Numbered from the stretch's first letter, positions 48,181 to 59,779 are shown. The stretch is 64,000 nucleotides of DNA from Candidatus Elulimicrobium sp. (GCA_022730015.1 DZBU01000001.1:1307-65306); one strand, 5' to 3'. Translations and numbers: made by a program. The notes: generated by a model not told the origin, from the letters alone.

Positions 48181-50202
48181 GTGAAATTCAATATCTCAAC
48201 TGAAAAAACTCCGGCGGGAGATCAACCGCAAGCCATCGCGTCTCTGCTCGATGGTATTGCTGCTGGACATAAGCATCAGACGCTTTTAGGTGTGACTGGA
48301 TCTGGTAAGACTTTTACTGCGGCCAACGTCATTCAGGCTGTGCAGAAACCGACCCTAGTGATCGCGCACAATAAAACATTGGCCGCACAATTAGCGCAGG
48401 AATACCGTGATTTCTTTCCTGAAAACGCGGTGCACTATTTCGTTTCGTATTATGACTATTATCAACCAGAGGCCTACATGCCGACGAGTGATACTTATAT
48501 AGAAAAAGAAGCGCAGATCAACGAAGAGATCGATCGCCTTCGGCACGCGTCCACACAGGCATTACTTACCAGAAAAGACGTTATTATTGTAGCTTCTGTT
48601 TCCTGCATCTATGGACTTGGTTCACCGGCTGAATACGAACGAAAACATCTTAAGATCGAGCGGGGATTCATGACGACACGTACCGATATGCTGCGAACAC
48701 TGGTTGATCTCTATTTTGAGCGAACTAACGCTGATCTTTCACCAGGCCAATTCCGGGCAGTTGGTAATACGGTTGAGATCATGCCAACAAACGAACGGGT
48801 CATCTGTCGTCTTGGCTTTAACGCAACGGGAGTTGCTTCAATAACCAAGATCGATGCTGTGACCCGTGCAATCATCGATGAACCTGATCGATTTTTCCTT
48901 TTTCCAGCAAAACACTTCGTCACTCCAGAAGATGAGCGAAAAGTTGCCATTGCTGACATCAAGCTTGAACTTGATGAACAGCTTAAGAAATTTAAAAAAG
49001 AAGGAAAGATCCTAGAAGCGGAACGCCTCAGACGTCGCACCGAACACGACCTCGCACTGATCAGAGAGATCGGATACTGTAATGGTATTGAAAATTACTC
49101 ACGTCATTTTGACCGCCGCAAACCTGGAGAAGCGCCATATACGCTACTTTCGTATTTTCCACACACAGAAAATGGCGACCCAGATTTTCTAACAATTATT
49201 GATGAATCACACGTTACTATCCCGCAGCTCAACGGTATGTATGCTGGTGATCGTTCTCGAAAAAATACTCTCGTTGAATTTGGCTTTCGACTTCCGAGTG
49301 CTGTCGATAACCGACCACTACAGTTTCCTGAGTTTGAAGAGCGAGTGGGGCAGGTGATCTATACCACAGCAACGCCTGGTAAGTACGAATATGTAAAACT
49401 GCAAGAACTTGACAGTAAACCAGTTGAACAAATTATTCGACCGACGGGACTAATCGACCCCGAGATTGATGTTCGTGGTGTTATCGAGAAGGGTATATAT
49501 CCTGGTCAGGTTAAAGATTTCATTGAAGAATCAGTTGCGGTGATCAAAAGAAGTGCTCGCGTGCTTGTTACAACACTTACTAAGCAGATGGCTGAAGACC
49601 TAGCTGAATTTCTTACTGAAAAAAATGTGAAAGCCAAGTACATTCATAGTGACGTTGGTACTATGGAACGAATTGAGATCCTTACTGCTTTCAGAAAAGG
49701 CGATTTTGATTGTTTGGTGGGCGTTAACCTTTTACGAGAAGGACTTGATCTTCCCGAGGTAGAATTGGTGGCGATAATGGATGCGGATAAAGAAGGATTT
49801 CTCCGCAGTGAGACTGCTCTCATCCAAACTATTGGACGCGCAGCTCGCAACGTGAACGGTCGTGTCATTTTGTATGCTGATGAATCCACTAAAGCACTTG
49901 AATATGCGATAGGGGAAACCAACCGCCGCCGGGCTATTCAGCTAGTGTACAACAAAACACATAACATTACTCCAAAGACAATTATAAAAGAAATTCGTTC
50001 AATCGCAGATCAGATGCGAACAGAACACCAAGAGACAGTTGACACGCTTCTTAAAATTGACCGTGAGTTATATAAGAAAAACCCTAAAAAGGTTATCAAA
50101 GAAAAGCGCAGACAGATGGAGGAAGCTGTAGCTGCTCTAGACTTTGAAACAGCAGCTATCGTTCGAGATGAAATTCTTTACCTCGAAAAATCAAATCAGT
50201 AG
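48181..50202 (+). CDS. uvrB: Excinuclease ABC subunit B
   Basis: PAGDQPQAI, LGVTGSGKT, YFVSYYDYYQPEAY, GINLLREGLD-like motif, QTIGRAARN, C-terminal UVR. Start at GTG 48181. Confidence 0.97.
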   Translation: MKFNISTEKTPAGDQPQAIASLLDGIAAGHKHQTLLGVTGSGKTFTAANVIQAVQKPTLVIAHNKTLAAQLAQEYRDFFPENAVHYFVSYYDYYQPEAYMPTSDTYIEKEAQINEEIDRLRHASTQALLTRKDVIIVASVSCIYGLGSPAEYERKHLKIERGFMTTRTDMLRTLVDLYFERTNADLSPGQFRAVGNTVEIMPTNERVICRLGFNATGVASITKIDAVTRAIIDEPDRFFLFPAKHFVTPEDERKVAIADIKLELDEQLKKFKKEGKILEAERLRRRTEHDLALIREIGYCNGIENYSRHFDRRKPGEAPYTLLSYFPHTENGDPDFLTIIDESHVTIPQLNGMYAGDRSRKNTLVEFGFRLPSAVDNRPLQFPEFEERVGQVIYTTATPGKYEYVKLQELDSKPVEQIIRPTGLIDPEIDVRGVIEKGIYPGQVKDFIEESVAVIKRSARVLVTTLTKQMAEDLAEFLTEKNVKAKYIHSDVGTMERIEILTAFRKGDFDCLVGVNLLREGLDLPEVELVAIMDADKEGFLRSETALIQTIGRAARNVNGRVILYADESTKALEYAIGETNRRRAIQLVYNKTHNITPKTIIKEIRSIADQMRTEHQETVDTLLKIDRELYKKNPKKVIKEKRRQMEEAVAALDFETAAIVRDEILYLEKSNQ

Positions 50203-50255
50203 TTCCTGTGGGTTAGTGACTGAACTCTATTCGGCTAAAATGATACTATACAAGC

Positions 50256-51068
50256 ATGTCAATACTCACTAATAAAAACGTCCTCATAATAACTGGTGAA
50301 GGAAATTCTTTGCTTGATGAATTGAGTGAGTCACTCGAAGCTCATGGGGCAAAGGTGACAAAAATTTTATGCTCGAAACTTTCTTCCGCTCTGCTTGAAG
50401 AACAACAGCCTGATGTAATGCTTTGTAACTGCATGCGTGCGTCAGATGATGAGTTCTCAACAACCTTCGATGTATTACGTGAGTTCGCTACGCGTGATCC
50501 AATACCAGTTTTCACCCTTATCCAAGACACACCCGAGACGATCCAGAACGCTTTATCGCTCGGTGTTACTGACTACATCACCCCACAGGAAGATGTTCGT
50601 TCAATCCTCGCTAAGATCAAGGCTGTTTTTGGTGAGGGGGACATGTTCTCGGGTAATGCTGCTATAGACATTACTCCCAATGAAGCTCATGTTACCACTT
50701 CAGGCATCCGTGTCTTTGTCGTAGAAGATGATCCGTTGCTTAGGAATCTTCTCTCTATGAAGCTTGATAGATCTCGTTTTCCTTATGAATTTAGTAATGA
50801 TGGCAGTGACGCTGTTCCCTTGATGTATCAGTTTAAACCTGATGTCATCATATTGGACCTTATGCTACCGGGGCGAAGTGGATTTGAAGTGCTTGCGGAA
50901 ATTAAAGCAGATGAAAAATTGAAAGACATTCCAGTCATTGTATTTTCTAATCGTGATGGTCGAGAAGACAGACAAAAAGCGAGTGAGCTTGGTGCTAGAG
51001 GTTTTTACGTAAAGGCGATGACAGATCTTTCAGAGCTGATAGAAACTATAGAATCGCTGGTTGCGTGA
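50256..51068 (+). CDS. Response regulator with two receiver domains (first degenerate), no output domain
   Basis: Second REC has VEDD, LDLMLP, SN and VK. First REC has PDVMLCN in place of the phospho-Asp. Confidence 0.88.
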   Translation: MSILTNKNVLIITGEGNSLLDELSESLEAHGAKVTKILCSKLSSALLEEQQPDVMLCNCMRASDDEFSTTFDVLREFATRDPIPVFTLIQDTPETIQNALSLGVTDYITPQEDVRSILAKIKAVFGEGDMFSGNAAIDITPNEAHVTTSGIRVFVVEDDPLLRNLLSMKLDRSRFPYEFSNDGSDAVPLMYQFKPDVIILDLMLPGRSGFEVLAEIKADEKLKDIPVIVFSNRDGREDRQKASELGARGFYVKAMTDLSELIETIESLVA

Positions 51069-51123
51069 TTTATCGACAGTCGACGTCGGTTCTGTCGTCT
51101 AGGTCGTGTATACTTTTAATAAT

Positions 51124-53472
51124 ATGACTATCGCTAAGAATCCGCGACAAAATACACGAAGTGTAAAATCTAGCACGACCTCTGCTGCAAAAAAAACGGG
51201 CGGTATTGTAGCAAAGTCAAAGTCACGTTCTGCCATTGATACACGCGTGCGTACTAAAAAGACAATTGCGTCACCTCGCAAAAAAAATCCAACTTCAGCG
51301 AAACGGACACATATTGAGAAGGATAAGCAGAATACTAAACTGCCACCGGTGCACCTCCCAACAAACATGAGCAAACGGGCAGTAGAGAAAAGTGCTGTGC
51401 TGATGCAAGAGTTTGAACACTATTTTAGCGATGCTATGTATCGTATCGCGTATGTTGCTGGTCTTTGTTTCATTTTAGTTGGTGCCACATATGCCTCGAT
51501 TGGTTTGATTGAAAATCCGATTCAACAAAAGGCGACCTTGACTGAAGCTGTCGATTTAAGCAGTGAAGGATTGGTTGCTGAACCGGTAAATACGATTGTA
51601 GAACAAATACCACCTTCCGAGTTCGAGTATCTCACAGACGTTCCTAAAAACATCACTGAGGCGACAGAAGTTTATTTCGAAGTTTCGCATGCCGATGAGA
51701 TAATACCCAAGCTTGTAGTAGTGGGTAAGATTGGTTTTATAGATTTACCAGCTGAAAAAATTTCAGACTTAAAGTATAGAGTCATTATTCCGGTCAAATC
51801 ACTTGCAACAAACTATTATGAACTGCGCGTTTATGTTAAACCAGCTGACGGATCCGATCAGTACGTTGAGCGCACGAACCAATTTTTCGTTGGAAGTACT
51901 GATGTTGAAAAGTGGTTTAATGAGCAACTTCTTAAAGAAGCTGTCCTTGACGAGGAAGGCAATATAGCTGAAGGCACATCGAACAACACAGGAAATGTAA
52001 CAGATGCTGCAGATACTGATGGACAAGGTGATACACCTATCAATGGAACAGGTCAGACAGAGGTGTCAAAATTTGAGATAAAATCTCGAGCTTCTGTTTT
52101 GGTGGGTATTGCAAATGTCGACGTAGCAGTGTCTGAAGATGCAACCGATATTACTTTGTACGCGAGACGCATTGACGAACAAAACTCCTCTCTAGTTGAT
52201 ATAGCAGAAAAACATTTTGAGAATAGTTGGATATTTACGTTCGATTCCACTAAACTTCTAAATGGTGAATATGAATTTTTTGCGCAGACAAAGATTGGCG
52301 TTGGCACGCGACTTTCAAATTCACTAAAGCTTTCTGTCAGTAACGTTGTTACTAATAAAAGTGGTGATGATTTCCAAATCGAACTACCTAACAAACTGGA
52401 AGAACCTGAAGCTTCCGACAGCAGTACTGAGCCATACACTCCTACGGTTACTTTTGATGAAAGAGTGTCAGACGAGACAAAAGCGCTCATTGCTGACAAT
52501 CGGGAAGATTTCAACGAACTATTAACTAATTATGCTGCTGCTAAGCAGGCAGGGGATGAGTCACTGATCAGAGTCGCAAAAGAAGCGCTTGACGCTCTAC
52601 AGGAGACAATCCTTCTTGATGTTCATCGCGAGGATCGCGTGCGTGATATTTCAGATACGATTAGTGACGAGCTTGCTAATCGCGTTCTTGATCTACAAAA
52701 CAGAATTGATACGTTTGATGAGTTGCGTAAGCAGCGTTCGAACGGAGCTATTACAGTCGACACAGATGGTGATGGTGTTTCGAATATGGATGAATCAAAA
52801 CTTTACAAAACAGACCCTGGTTTAGCTGATACTGATGACGATGGTGTAGCAGATGGTATTGAGATCATGCGAGGTTACAATCCAAGCGATGCAACGCCAG
52901 AGGCTGTCATCCGTTTTGAATCGCCCAAAGAAACATTTGGTCTAACTCGTCATGATGCGCTTGAAATCGCTGAGGTGATCCCACTAATTACTAATGGTAT
53001 TACTGATGAGCAGACATCTGTTGCGGCTGAGATAAGGGGTAAAGGTTTGCCAAATAGTTTTGTAACTTTATATGTATTCAGTACTCCGACAGTGGTCACG
53101 GTCAAAACTGATGCAGATGGTTACTTTGTATACACTTTTGATAAAGAGCTTGAGGATGGGCAACACGATGTTTATGTAACTCTAACAGATAATGTTGGCG
53201 CGATCATTGCACAAAGTAATCCGTTTACTTTTGTGAAGGAAGCACAGGCATTTACTCCAGTTTCTGCTGCCGACGAAGCAGCACTCTCTCCTCAACCGAT
53301 CACTGAGGATCCGGGGAAGGGGTATGCTTTAGCTATTGGTGTCGGCATCCTCGGGTTTGGGCTGATCTTGTTAATGCTTGGCATTAGCCTTCGAAAAGAA
53401 GAGAATGGTGAAGTTATTATCATAGAAAAACCGCTGCCTCCTGAAAAAAACGTGACTTCTGAAAGTCTATGA
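51124..53472 (+). CDS. Two-TM protein with basic N-terminal tail, Ig-like domains and DTDGDG Ca-binding (bacterial TSP3-like) repeats
   Basis: DTDGDGVSNMDE...TDP..ADTDDDGVADG.EI..GYNP and an IRGKGLPNSFVTLYVFS Ig-like domain. TGA overlaps the kinase ATG. Confidence 0.8.
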   Translation: MTIAKNPRQNTRSVKSSTTSAAKKTGGIVAKSKSRSAIDTRVRTKKTIASPRKKNPTSAKRTHIEKDKQNTKLPPVHLPTNMSKRAVEKSAVLMQEFEHYFSDAMYRIAYVAGLCFILVGATYASIGLIENPIQQKATLTEAVDLSSEGLVAEPVNTIVEQIPPSEFEYLTDVPKNITEATEVYFEVSHADEIIPKLVVVGKIGFIDLPAEKISDLKYRVIIPVKSLATNYYELRVYVKPADGSDQYVERTNQFFVGSTDVEKWFNEQLLKEAVLDEEGNIAEGTSNNTGNVTDAADTDGQGDTPINGTGQTEVSKFEIKSRASVLVGIANVDVAVSEDATDITLYARRIDEQNSSLVDIAEKHFENSWIFTFDSTKLLNGEYEFFAQTKIGVGTRLSNSLKLSVSNVVTNKSGDDFQIELPNKLEEPEASDSSTEPYTPTVTFDERVSDETKALIADNREDFNELLTNYAAAKQAGDESLIRVAKEALDALQETILLDVHREDRVRDISDTISDELANRVLDLQNRIDTFDELRKQRSNGAITVDTDGDGVSNMDESKLYKTDPGLADTDDDGVADGIEIMRGYNPSDATPEAVIRFESPKETFGLTRHDALEIAEVIPLITNGITDEQTSVAAEIRGKGLPNSFVTLYVFSTPTVVTVKTDADGYFVYTFDKELEDGQHDVYVTLTDNVGAIIAQSNPFTFVKEAQAFTPVSAADEAALSPQPITEDPGKGYALAIGVGILGFGLILLMLGISLRKEENGEVIIIEKPLPPEKNVTSESL

Positions 53473-54827
53473 TTTCTCAGCTCTTACAAATTTTAGAAAG
53501 AGGCTTCAAGGTCATGCGTCTAAGTTCCCGCATGTTCCTGGTAGGGATTTTGGTATTCGTTTTTCCTCTTTTATACATTTGGGCCGCCCAAACCTTCTAT
53601 AGCACTGCTTATGATAATGTTCAAACTATACTCAAGTACGAAGTTGGAATCGTTAGTGATAGCCTGCAAGCCGTATTGGTCAGTACTAACGCAGACAAGG
53701 ATGTCTTGAATGCAGCGATAAAAGTCATTGTGAGTGAGAATGTTGAAACTGACCCTGTGGATATCACAGCCATTCGTATCTATACTGAGACTGCCAACGG
53801 AATGGTAGTTTTGGCTGCCGATCGTGACGAGTTTGTCGGGGAATTCGATCCATCAGCTGAAGACTTAAAAGAGATGGGTTTTACTAATACTAGACCATTT
53901 CATCAACGTGAGTCAGTGTCAAATGGTGATCGTATCTGGAGTGCATACAAACGCGTGGAAGTAGACAATCATTTCTATTACATCACCTCGGAATTTAATT
54001 TAGCTCAACTAGATAAGACTATGGCTTTTCGAAAACAGCAATCATATCTAGGTCTTACAGGGATATTTCTTTTTTTGATTGCACTAGCCTACTGGCTAAA
54101 TCGCCAGGTGCACTGGGAAAAACGTTATGAAAGACAAGTTGAGCTTTTAAATGAACGAGATCTCTTCTCGAACATGATTGCACACGAGTTTCGGTCACCG
54201 CTGACGGCAATCAAAGGATATGCGAGTTTTTTAGAGGAGTCTCAAACATTGCTCCCAGACGAGCGTCGTTTTGTTGGTAACATTAGACAATCGGCGGAAC
54301 ATCTAGTTGCCCTCGTCAGTGATTTTCTGGAGGTCGCTCGCCTGCAATCGGGTAAACTAAAAATTGAAAGACAGGACATCGATGTGAGAACGGTTGTTTT
54401 CACTGTGCTCGAAAACTTACGTGGTATGGCAACTGAAAAGGGTCTTAAACTCGAAGTTGATCCAATGTCAGATCCAATCATGTTTAAAACTGACCCAGCT
54501 CGACTGCAACAAGTTTTGACAAATTTGGTGACAAATTCTATCAAATACACCCAAACAGGCTCGATACGACTACGTTGTTCAGTCGATTATAAAGCAGTTA
54601 GTGTTCGTGTCATGGACACTGGCATGGGCATTAGTGCCGAGGATCAGCAAAAGCTTTTTGCTCCCTTTACACGAGTTGGTGGTGTTGATGCAAGCTCGAT
54701 CACTGGTACTGGCCTCGGCATGTACATCACTAAGCAGCTGGTAACCTTGCTTGGTGGTACGATCGGGGTTGAATCAATAAAGGGAGTTGGTAGTCATGTC
54801 GTTGTAACTCTTTCAGAATCAAAATAA
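53469..54827 (+). CDS. Sensor histidine kinase (HisKA + HATPase)
   Basis: H-box AHEFRSPL, N-box NLVTNSIKY, DTGMGI, GTGLG. Two TM helices flank a sensor domain. Confidence 0.95.
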   Translation: MISQLLQILERGFKVMRLSSRMFLVGILVFVFPLLYIWAAQTFYSTAYDNVQTILKYEVGIVSDSLQAVLVSTNADKDVLNAAIKVIVSENVETDPVDITAIRIYTETANGMVVLAADRDEFVGEFDPSAEDLKEMGFTNTRPFHQRESVSNGDRIWSAYKRVEVDNHFYYITSEFNLAQLDKTMAFRKQQSYLGLTGIFLFLIALAYWLNRQVHWEKRYERQVELLNERDLFSNMIAHEFRSPLTAIKGYASFLEESQTLLPDERRFVGNIRQSAEHLVALVSDFLEVARLQSGKLKIERQDIDVRTVVFTVLENLRGMATEKGLKLEVDPMSDPIMFKTDPARLQQVLTNLVTNSIKYTQTGSIRLRCSVDYKAVSVRVMDTGMGISAEDQQKLFAPFTRVGGVDASSITGTGLGMYITKQLVTLLGGTIGVESIKGVGSHVVVTLSESK

Positions 54828-54938
54828 TTGCTCATATTGTAGTTATTTGTATAATGACGACATACAAACCTTCACCGTCATGTGGAGGTGTTGTGGTATG
54901 GAGACAACTGGTTTACTAGGAGATATTTAGAAAAACAC

Positions 54939-57587
54939 ATGGCTGAAGCACGTAAAAAGCAAGTGAAGACAAAATGGGAAGAGCCAGCTGGTGCTGAAGT
55001 CCCGAAGATTATTGTTCGTGGTGCACGAACACATAATTTAAAAAATATCGACGTGGAAATGCCGCGAGGAAAGATGATCGCAATCACCGGACCCTCTGGC
55101 TCTGGAAAATCCTCGCTAGCATTTGATACTATTTTTGCTGAGGGGCAGCGACGTTATGTTGAATCACTTTCTCCGTACGCCCGACAATTTCTTAATAAGA
55201 TGCAAAAACCAGACGTTGACGAGATTTCTGGTTTGTCACCAGCGATCTCAATCGACCAGAAATCTGCATCAAGAAACCCGCGGTCAACCGTTGCTACTAT
55301 CACCGAAATCTACGACTATCTTCGTATTGTCTATGCCCGCATTGGCCAGCCATACTGCCTTGATGTGGATACGCCCATTCAGCGACTTTCTCAAGATGAA
55401 ATATTAAATTTAGTACTGAAATCAATTGAGGACAAGGAAGTGAAGGCGGCTACCAAAAAACAGTCAGAGCAGGTATTGGGAATAGAAGTTTCCAAGGGAA
55501 GAGTAGCGATCTTTTCACCACTGGTGGTTGGCCGAAAAGGAGAATACTATCAATTACTTTACGACCTGCTCGGGAAGGGTTACGAAACAGTCAAGATCGA
55601 TGGTCAGATTAAGCAGCTTCGAGAACGAATTGAGCTCTCAAAGACCAAGCGTCATGACATCGATGTTTTGATTGATGAGATTTACGTAAGTGAATTTACA
55701 TTTGATCCAAAAGGTTCCCGGGAGCGTCTTTCTGAAGCTGTCGAGCTGGCGCTCCATGAGTCTAATGGTTTGGTAAAAATAGAAAGCCCAGACGGTGCAG
55801 AGCGTATTTTGTCGGCAAAATTTATCTGCCCAGTTGATGGCTCCTCGTTCCCCGAGGTCGAACCACGCCTCTTTTCCTTTAACTCACCGTACGGTGCCTG
55901 TCAGGAGTGTAATGGTCTTGGGGTCGTTGGTATTTTTCAAAATGATGAGTGTCCTGTATGTAAAGGAGCTCGCCTACGCCGCGAAGCGCTTCGCGTGTAT
56001 CTTGGCGGTGATGGTACAAAAAATCTCGGAACAAACATCGTTGATTTTACTAGAATGACAGTAGCCGAAGCGGCTGACTTTGTCGAAAATTTAAAGCTGA
56101 CTAAAAAACAGGAAGAGATTGCCTGGCCAGCACTGCGAGAAGTCATCGAGCGCCTCGATTTCATGAAGGATGTAGGTATTGAATACCTGACGCTAGACCG
56201 TCGTGCAAACACGCTTTCAGGGGGTGAAGCTCAGCGTATCCGCCTGGCTTCACAGCTCGGGTCTGGCTTGGTGGGTGCATTGTATGTGCTCGATGAACCA
56301 ACGATCGGTCTACATCAACGAGATAATGACAAGTTAATAAAAACACTACGAGAACTACGTGATCTCGGGAATACCATCATTGTCGTCGAGCATGATGAGG
56401 ACACTATTCATGCTTCAGATTACCTAATTGATATCGGACCAGGGGCTGGGGTGCACGGAGGAAATGTTATTGTTTCTGACTACTTACAGAAGCTGCTTTC
56501 AGATAAGAAAAATAAGTCTGGTTCGGTAACACTCGACTATCTGCGAGGTGACCGAAGGATTGAGATTCCCGAACGCCGAACCGGCGAAAAAGGGAAGATA
56601 CAGATTAAAGGTGGAAAGGCGTTCAATATAAAAAATATGAATGTCGATATCCCACTCGGTCGTTTAATATGTGTCACCGGCGTCTCAGGCTCTGGAAAAT
56701 CAACCTTCATGTATGAAATCGTCGACAGAAATCTTAAGGCGAGACTTGAAAAGCGGTATCGAACAGCTAAGACGTACAACTGCACCAGTTTTATAGGTAC
56801 TGAATATTTAGGTCGCTCCGTGCTGATTGATCAGTCTCCGATTGGTCGTACACCGCGTTCCAACCCAGCTACTTACACTGGGTCGTTTACCCACATTAGA
56901 GATCTCTTTGCGGCGACCAGTGAAGCTAAAGCACGTGGCTGGAAACCAGGACGCTTTAGCTTCAACGTAAAAGGCGGTCGCTGTGAAGCATGTCAGGGAA
57001 ACGGCGAAATCGCGGTAGAAATGCACTTCTTGCCGACAGTATATGTCACGTGCGATGTGTGTGATGGTAAGCGTTTTACCAAAGAGACTCTGGAGATCTA
57101 CTACAAAAAGAAAAATATCTATGAAGTGCTTCATATGACCATCGAGGAAGCGCATGATTTTTTCATCGACGTTCCTGCCATTGAAGAGCGCCTACGATCG
57201 TTGCTTGATGTTGGACTGGGATACCTCGAACTTGGTCAAAGTGCTACTACGCTCTCTGGCGGTGAAGCACAACGAGTAAAGATCGCTTCTGAGCTTTATC
57301 GTCCACACACGCAAAAAACTATTTACCTGCTTGATGAACCGACGATCGGACTGCACTATGAAGATGTTCGAAAATTAATCGAGATATTGCAGCAACTAGT
57401 TAACCAGGGAAATACTGTAATGGTCATTGAGCACAATCTCGATCTTGTTAAAAGCGCTGACTATCTCATTGATATCGGACCTGAAGGTGGAACGGGCGGA
57501 GGAGAGATAGTTGCTAAAGGAACTCCTGAACAAGTGGCTGAAAATCCAAAGTCCCATACCGGTCGCTATTTGAAACGCATCCTATAA
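54939..57587 (+). CDS. uvrA: Excinuclease ABC subunit A
   Basis: [32 protein letters not shown], two [23 protein letters not shown]. Confidence 0.97.
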   Translation: MAEARKKQVKTKWEEPAGAEVPKIIVRGARTHNLKNIDVEMPRGKMIAITGPSGSGKSSLAFDTIFAEGQRRYVESLSPYARQFLNKMQKPDVDEISGLSPAISIDQKSASRNPRSTVATITEIYDYLRIVYARIGQPYCLDVDTPIQRLSQDEILNLVLKSIEDKEVKAATKKQSEQVLGIEVSKGRVAIFSPLVVGRKGEYYQLLYDLLGKGYETVKIDGQIKQLRERIELSKTKRHDIDVLIDEIYVSEFTFDPKGSRERLSEAVELALHESNGLVKIESPDGAERILSAKFICPVDGSSFPEVEPRLFSFNSPYGACQECNGLGVVGIFQNDECPVCKGARLRREALRVYLGGDGTKNLGTNIVDFTRMTVAEAADFVENLKLTKKQEEIAWPALREVIERLDFMKDVGIEYLTLDRRANTLSGGEAQRIRLASQLGSGLVGALYVLDEPTIGLHQRDNDKLIKTLRELRDLGNTIIVVEHDEDTIHASDYLIDIGPGAGVHGGNVIVSDYLQKLLSDKKNKSGSVTLDYLRGDRRIEIPERRTGEKGKIQIKGGKAFNIKNMNVDIPLGRLICVTGVSGSGKSTFMYEIVDRNLKARLEKRYRTAKTYNCTSFIGTEYLGRSVLIDQSPIGRTPRSNPATYTGSFTHIRDLFAATSEAKARGWKPGRFSFNVKGGRCEACQGNGEIAVEMHFLPTVYVTCDVCDGKRFTKETLEIYYKKKNIYEVLHMTIEEAHDFFIDVPAIEERLRSLLDVGLGYLELGQSATTLSGGEAQRVKIASELYRPHTQKTIYLLDEPTIGLHYEDVRKLIEILQQLVNQGNTVMVIEHNLDLVKSADYLIDIGPEGGTGGGEIVAKGTPEQVAENPKSHTGRYLKRIL

Positions 57588-57592
57588 AGCCC

Positions 57593-58828
57593 ATGAAAAG
57601 AGTTGACCTAACTGTAAGAAACCTACCGGATGCACCAGGGGTGTACTTCTTTTTGGGAGCCAGAAAAAAAATCTTATACATTGGAAAAGCGACATCATTG
57701 CGCAATCGCGTTCGAAGCTATTTCTCAGAGGATATAAAAGAAAAACGTTCTGAGTTGATCGAGAAGATGGTGGCTGAGGCAGCTACGGTTGAGTGTACAG
57801 AGACAGACAGCGTGCTTGAAGCATTGATCCTCGAGACTAATCTGATTCGTACACATAAACCGCTCTATAATACCCGAAGCAAAGATGATAAGAGCTACAA
57901 TCATCTCGTTATCACAAACGAGGAGTGGCCTCGAGTCATGGTCGTTCGGGGTAAGGATCTCACAAACGATTTCATGAAGTATGAAGTCAAGTACCATTTC
58001 GGGCCGTTCCCTAGTGGGACACTCCTTCGTGATGCGCTTAAAATAGTTAGAAAATTATTTCGTTTTTATGATACAAAAGTGCCACTCAGTGAGGCAAAGA
58101 GTAAACTACATAAAGGCAAGATCGATTTCAATCGTCAGATTGGTCTTTACCCTGATCAAGTGTCAAAGAAAGAATACGCTCGTACAATCAAGCATTTGAA
58201 GCTCTTTTTTGAAGGAAAAAAAACACAGATCATAGCTGAGCTTGAAAGGGAGATGATGCGACATGCTAAGGCTGAACGTTTTGAAGAAGCACAACAAGCG
58301 AAAAGTCAGATCTTTGCTTTGCAGCATATCCAAGATATTGCCCTGATTAAAAACGAGTCACGGGTGTATCGTGATGAGAAACGAGTTCGGATTGAAGCCT
58401 ACGATATTGCTCACCTGCAAGGCACCGATATGGTGGGGGTGATGACGGTGATAGAAAGTGGCGAACCTGTAAAGGGTGAATATAGAAAATTTAAGATTGA
58501 ATCACTGACCAATGCGAACGATCCTGCAGCATTGAAGGAAGTATTATCTCGTAGACTGACTCATGAGGAATGGCCACTGCCGCAAGTAATCGTTGTCGAT
58601 GGTGCTGTTATACAGAAAAACGTAGCTGAACGAGTGCTTAAAGAATACAGTTTAGTAATTCCTGTGGTTGCGGTCGTCAAAGACGACCGTCACAAACCAA
58701 TTCGACTGATTGGTTCGAAGGAACTTCTTGAAACACATCAACAATCAATACTTCTTGCTAATGCTGAATCACACCGCTTCGCCATCAGTTACCATCGTGA
58801 AAAGCGTCGCAAGCGAACACGAGCGTAA
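57593..58828 (+). CDS. uvrC: UvrC-like nuclease (GIY-YIG + UVR + RNase H-like domain; no HhH tail)
   Basis: PGVYFF...LYIGKATSLRNRVRSYF, RIEAYDIAH, VVDG, HRFAISYHR. Confidence 0.88.
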   Translation: MKRVDLTVRNLPDAPGVYFFLGARKKILYIGKATSLRNRVRSYFSEDIKEKRSELIEKMVAEAATVECTETDSVLEALILETNLIRTHKPLYNTRSKDDKSYNHLVITNEEWPRVMVVRGKDLTNDFMKYEVKYHFGPFPSGTLLRDALKIVRKLFRFYDTKVPLSEAKSKLHKGKIDFNRQIGLYPDQVSKKEYARTIKHLKLFFEGKKTQIIAELEREMMRHAKAERFEEAQQAKSQIFALQHIQDIALIKNESRVYRDEKRVRIEAYDIAHLQGTDMVGVMTVIESGEPVKGEYRKFKIESLTNANDPAALKEVLSRRLTHEEWPLPQVIVVDGAVIQKNVAERVLKEYSLVIPVVAVVKDDRHKPIRLIGSKELLETHQQSILLANAESHRFAISYHREKRRKRTRA

Positions 58829-58859
58829 CCTGCGTAGATTTAACACAGTTTCAAACAAC

Positions 58860-59759
58860 ATGAATCAAAAAAGTACGACAATAGGATTTATTGGACAGGG
58901 TTGGATCGGCAGGCATTATGCAGATGATTTTGAAAACCGCGGATATGTGACTGTTCGCTACGCACTAGAGGAACCTTATAAGCAAAATCAGGCAAGGATC
59001 GCTACCTGTCGCATCACGCTTATTGCTGTACCCACGCCGACTACTCCACATGGTTTTGATGACAGTATCCTCAAGGATGCACTGCTCAATATTGGTGCAG
59101 GAAACATTGCTGTTATTAAGTCGACAACAACTCCTGGCCTCGTGGCACAACTACAAAATGAGTTTCCTAACATATTCATTCTCCATAGTCCTGAATTCTT
59201 GGTTGAAAGAACAGCCGCTTATGATGCCGCTTATCCAAATCGTAATATTATTGGTGTTCCTGTTGATACGGAAGAATATCGAGCCCTGGCAAAAGAAATC
59301 CTTGCTGTACTTCCAAAAGCTCCATATGAAGCGATTATGACAACCCACGAATCAGAGCTAGTAAAATATGCAGGAAATTGCTTTCTTTATACTAAAGTAC
59401 TATTCATGAATATCTTGTACGATGTGGTAACCAAAGGTGGCGGTAATTTTGAGTCCGTTCGTGACGCACTTGCGCATGATCCGCGTATCGGGGAAAGCCA
59501 CACCAAACCAATCCATTACAGCGGTCACCAGGAAAATATCGGCGAAATAAAGCGTGGTGCTGGTGGACATTGCTTCATTAAAGATTTCGAGGCCTTTAGA
59601 CACCATTATCAGGGTGTCATTGGTTCTGACACTGGCTATGAACTTCTATCAAAGATGGTTGAGTTTAATAATGAATTACTGCGTACTTCAGGGAAAGACC
59701 TAGATCTGCTTGAAGGTGTGTACGGCAGTGGAGTGCTGAAGTCTGATCATTGCCTATAA
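58860..59759 (+). CDS. UDP-glucose/GDP-mannose dehydrogenase family protein, short form
   Basis: GFIGQGWIG, AVPTP, IKST, SPEFL, ELVKYAGN, catalytic GGHCFIKD. Confidence 0.85.
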   Translation: MNQKSTTIGFIGQGWIGRHYADDFENRGYVTVRYALEEPYKQNQARIATCRITLIAVPTPTTPHGFDDSILKDALLNIGAGNIAVIKSTTTPGLVAQLQNEFPNIFILHSPEFLVERTAAYDAAYPNRNIIGVPVDTEEYRALAKEILAVLPKAPYEAIMTTHESELVKYAGNCFLYTKVLFMNILYDVVTKGGGNFESVRDALAHDPRIGESHTKPIHYSGHQENIGEIKRGAGGHCFIKDFEAFRHHYQGVIGSDTGYELLSKMVEFNNELLRTSGKDLDLLEGVYGSGVLKSDHCL

Positions 59760-59779
59760 GATGATATACTTTGAGCACT

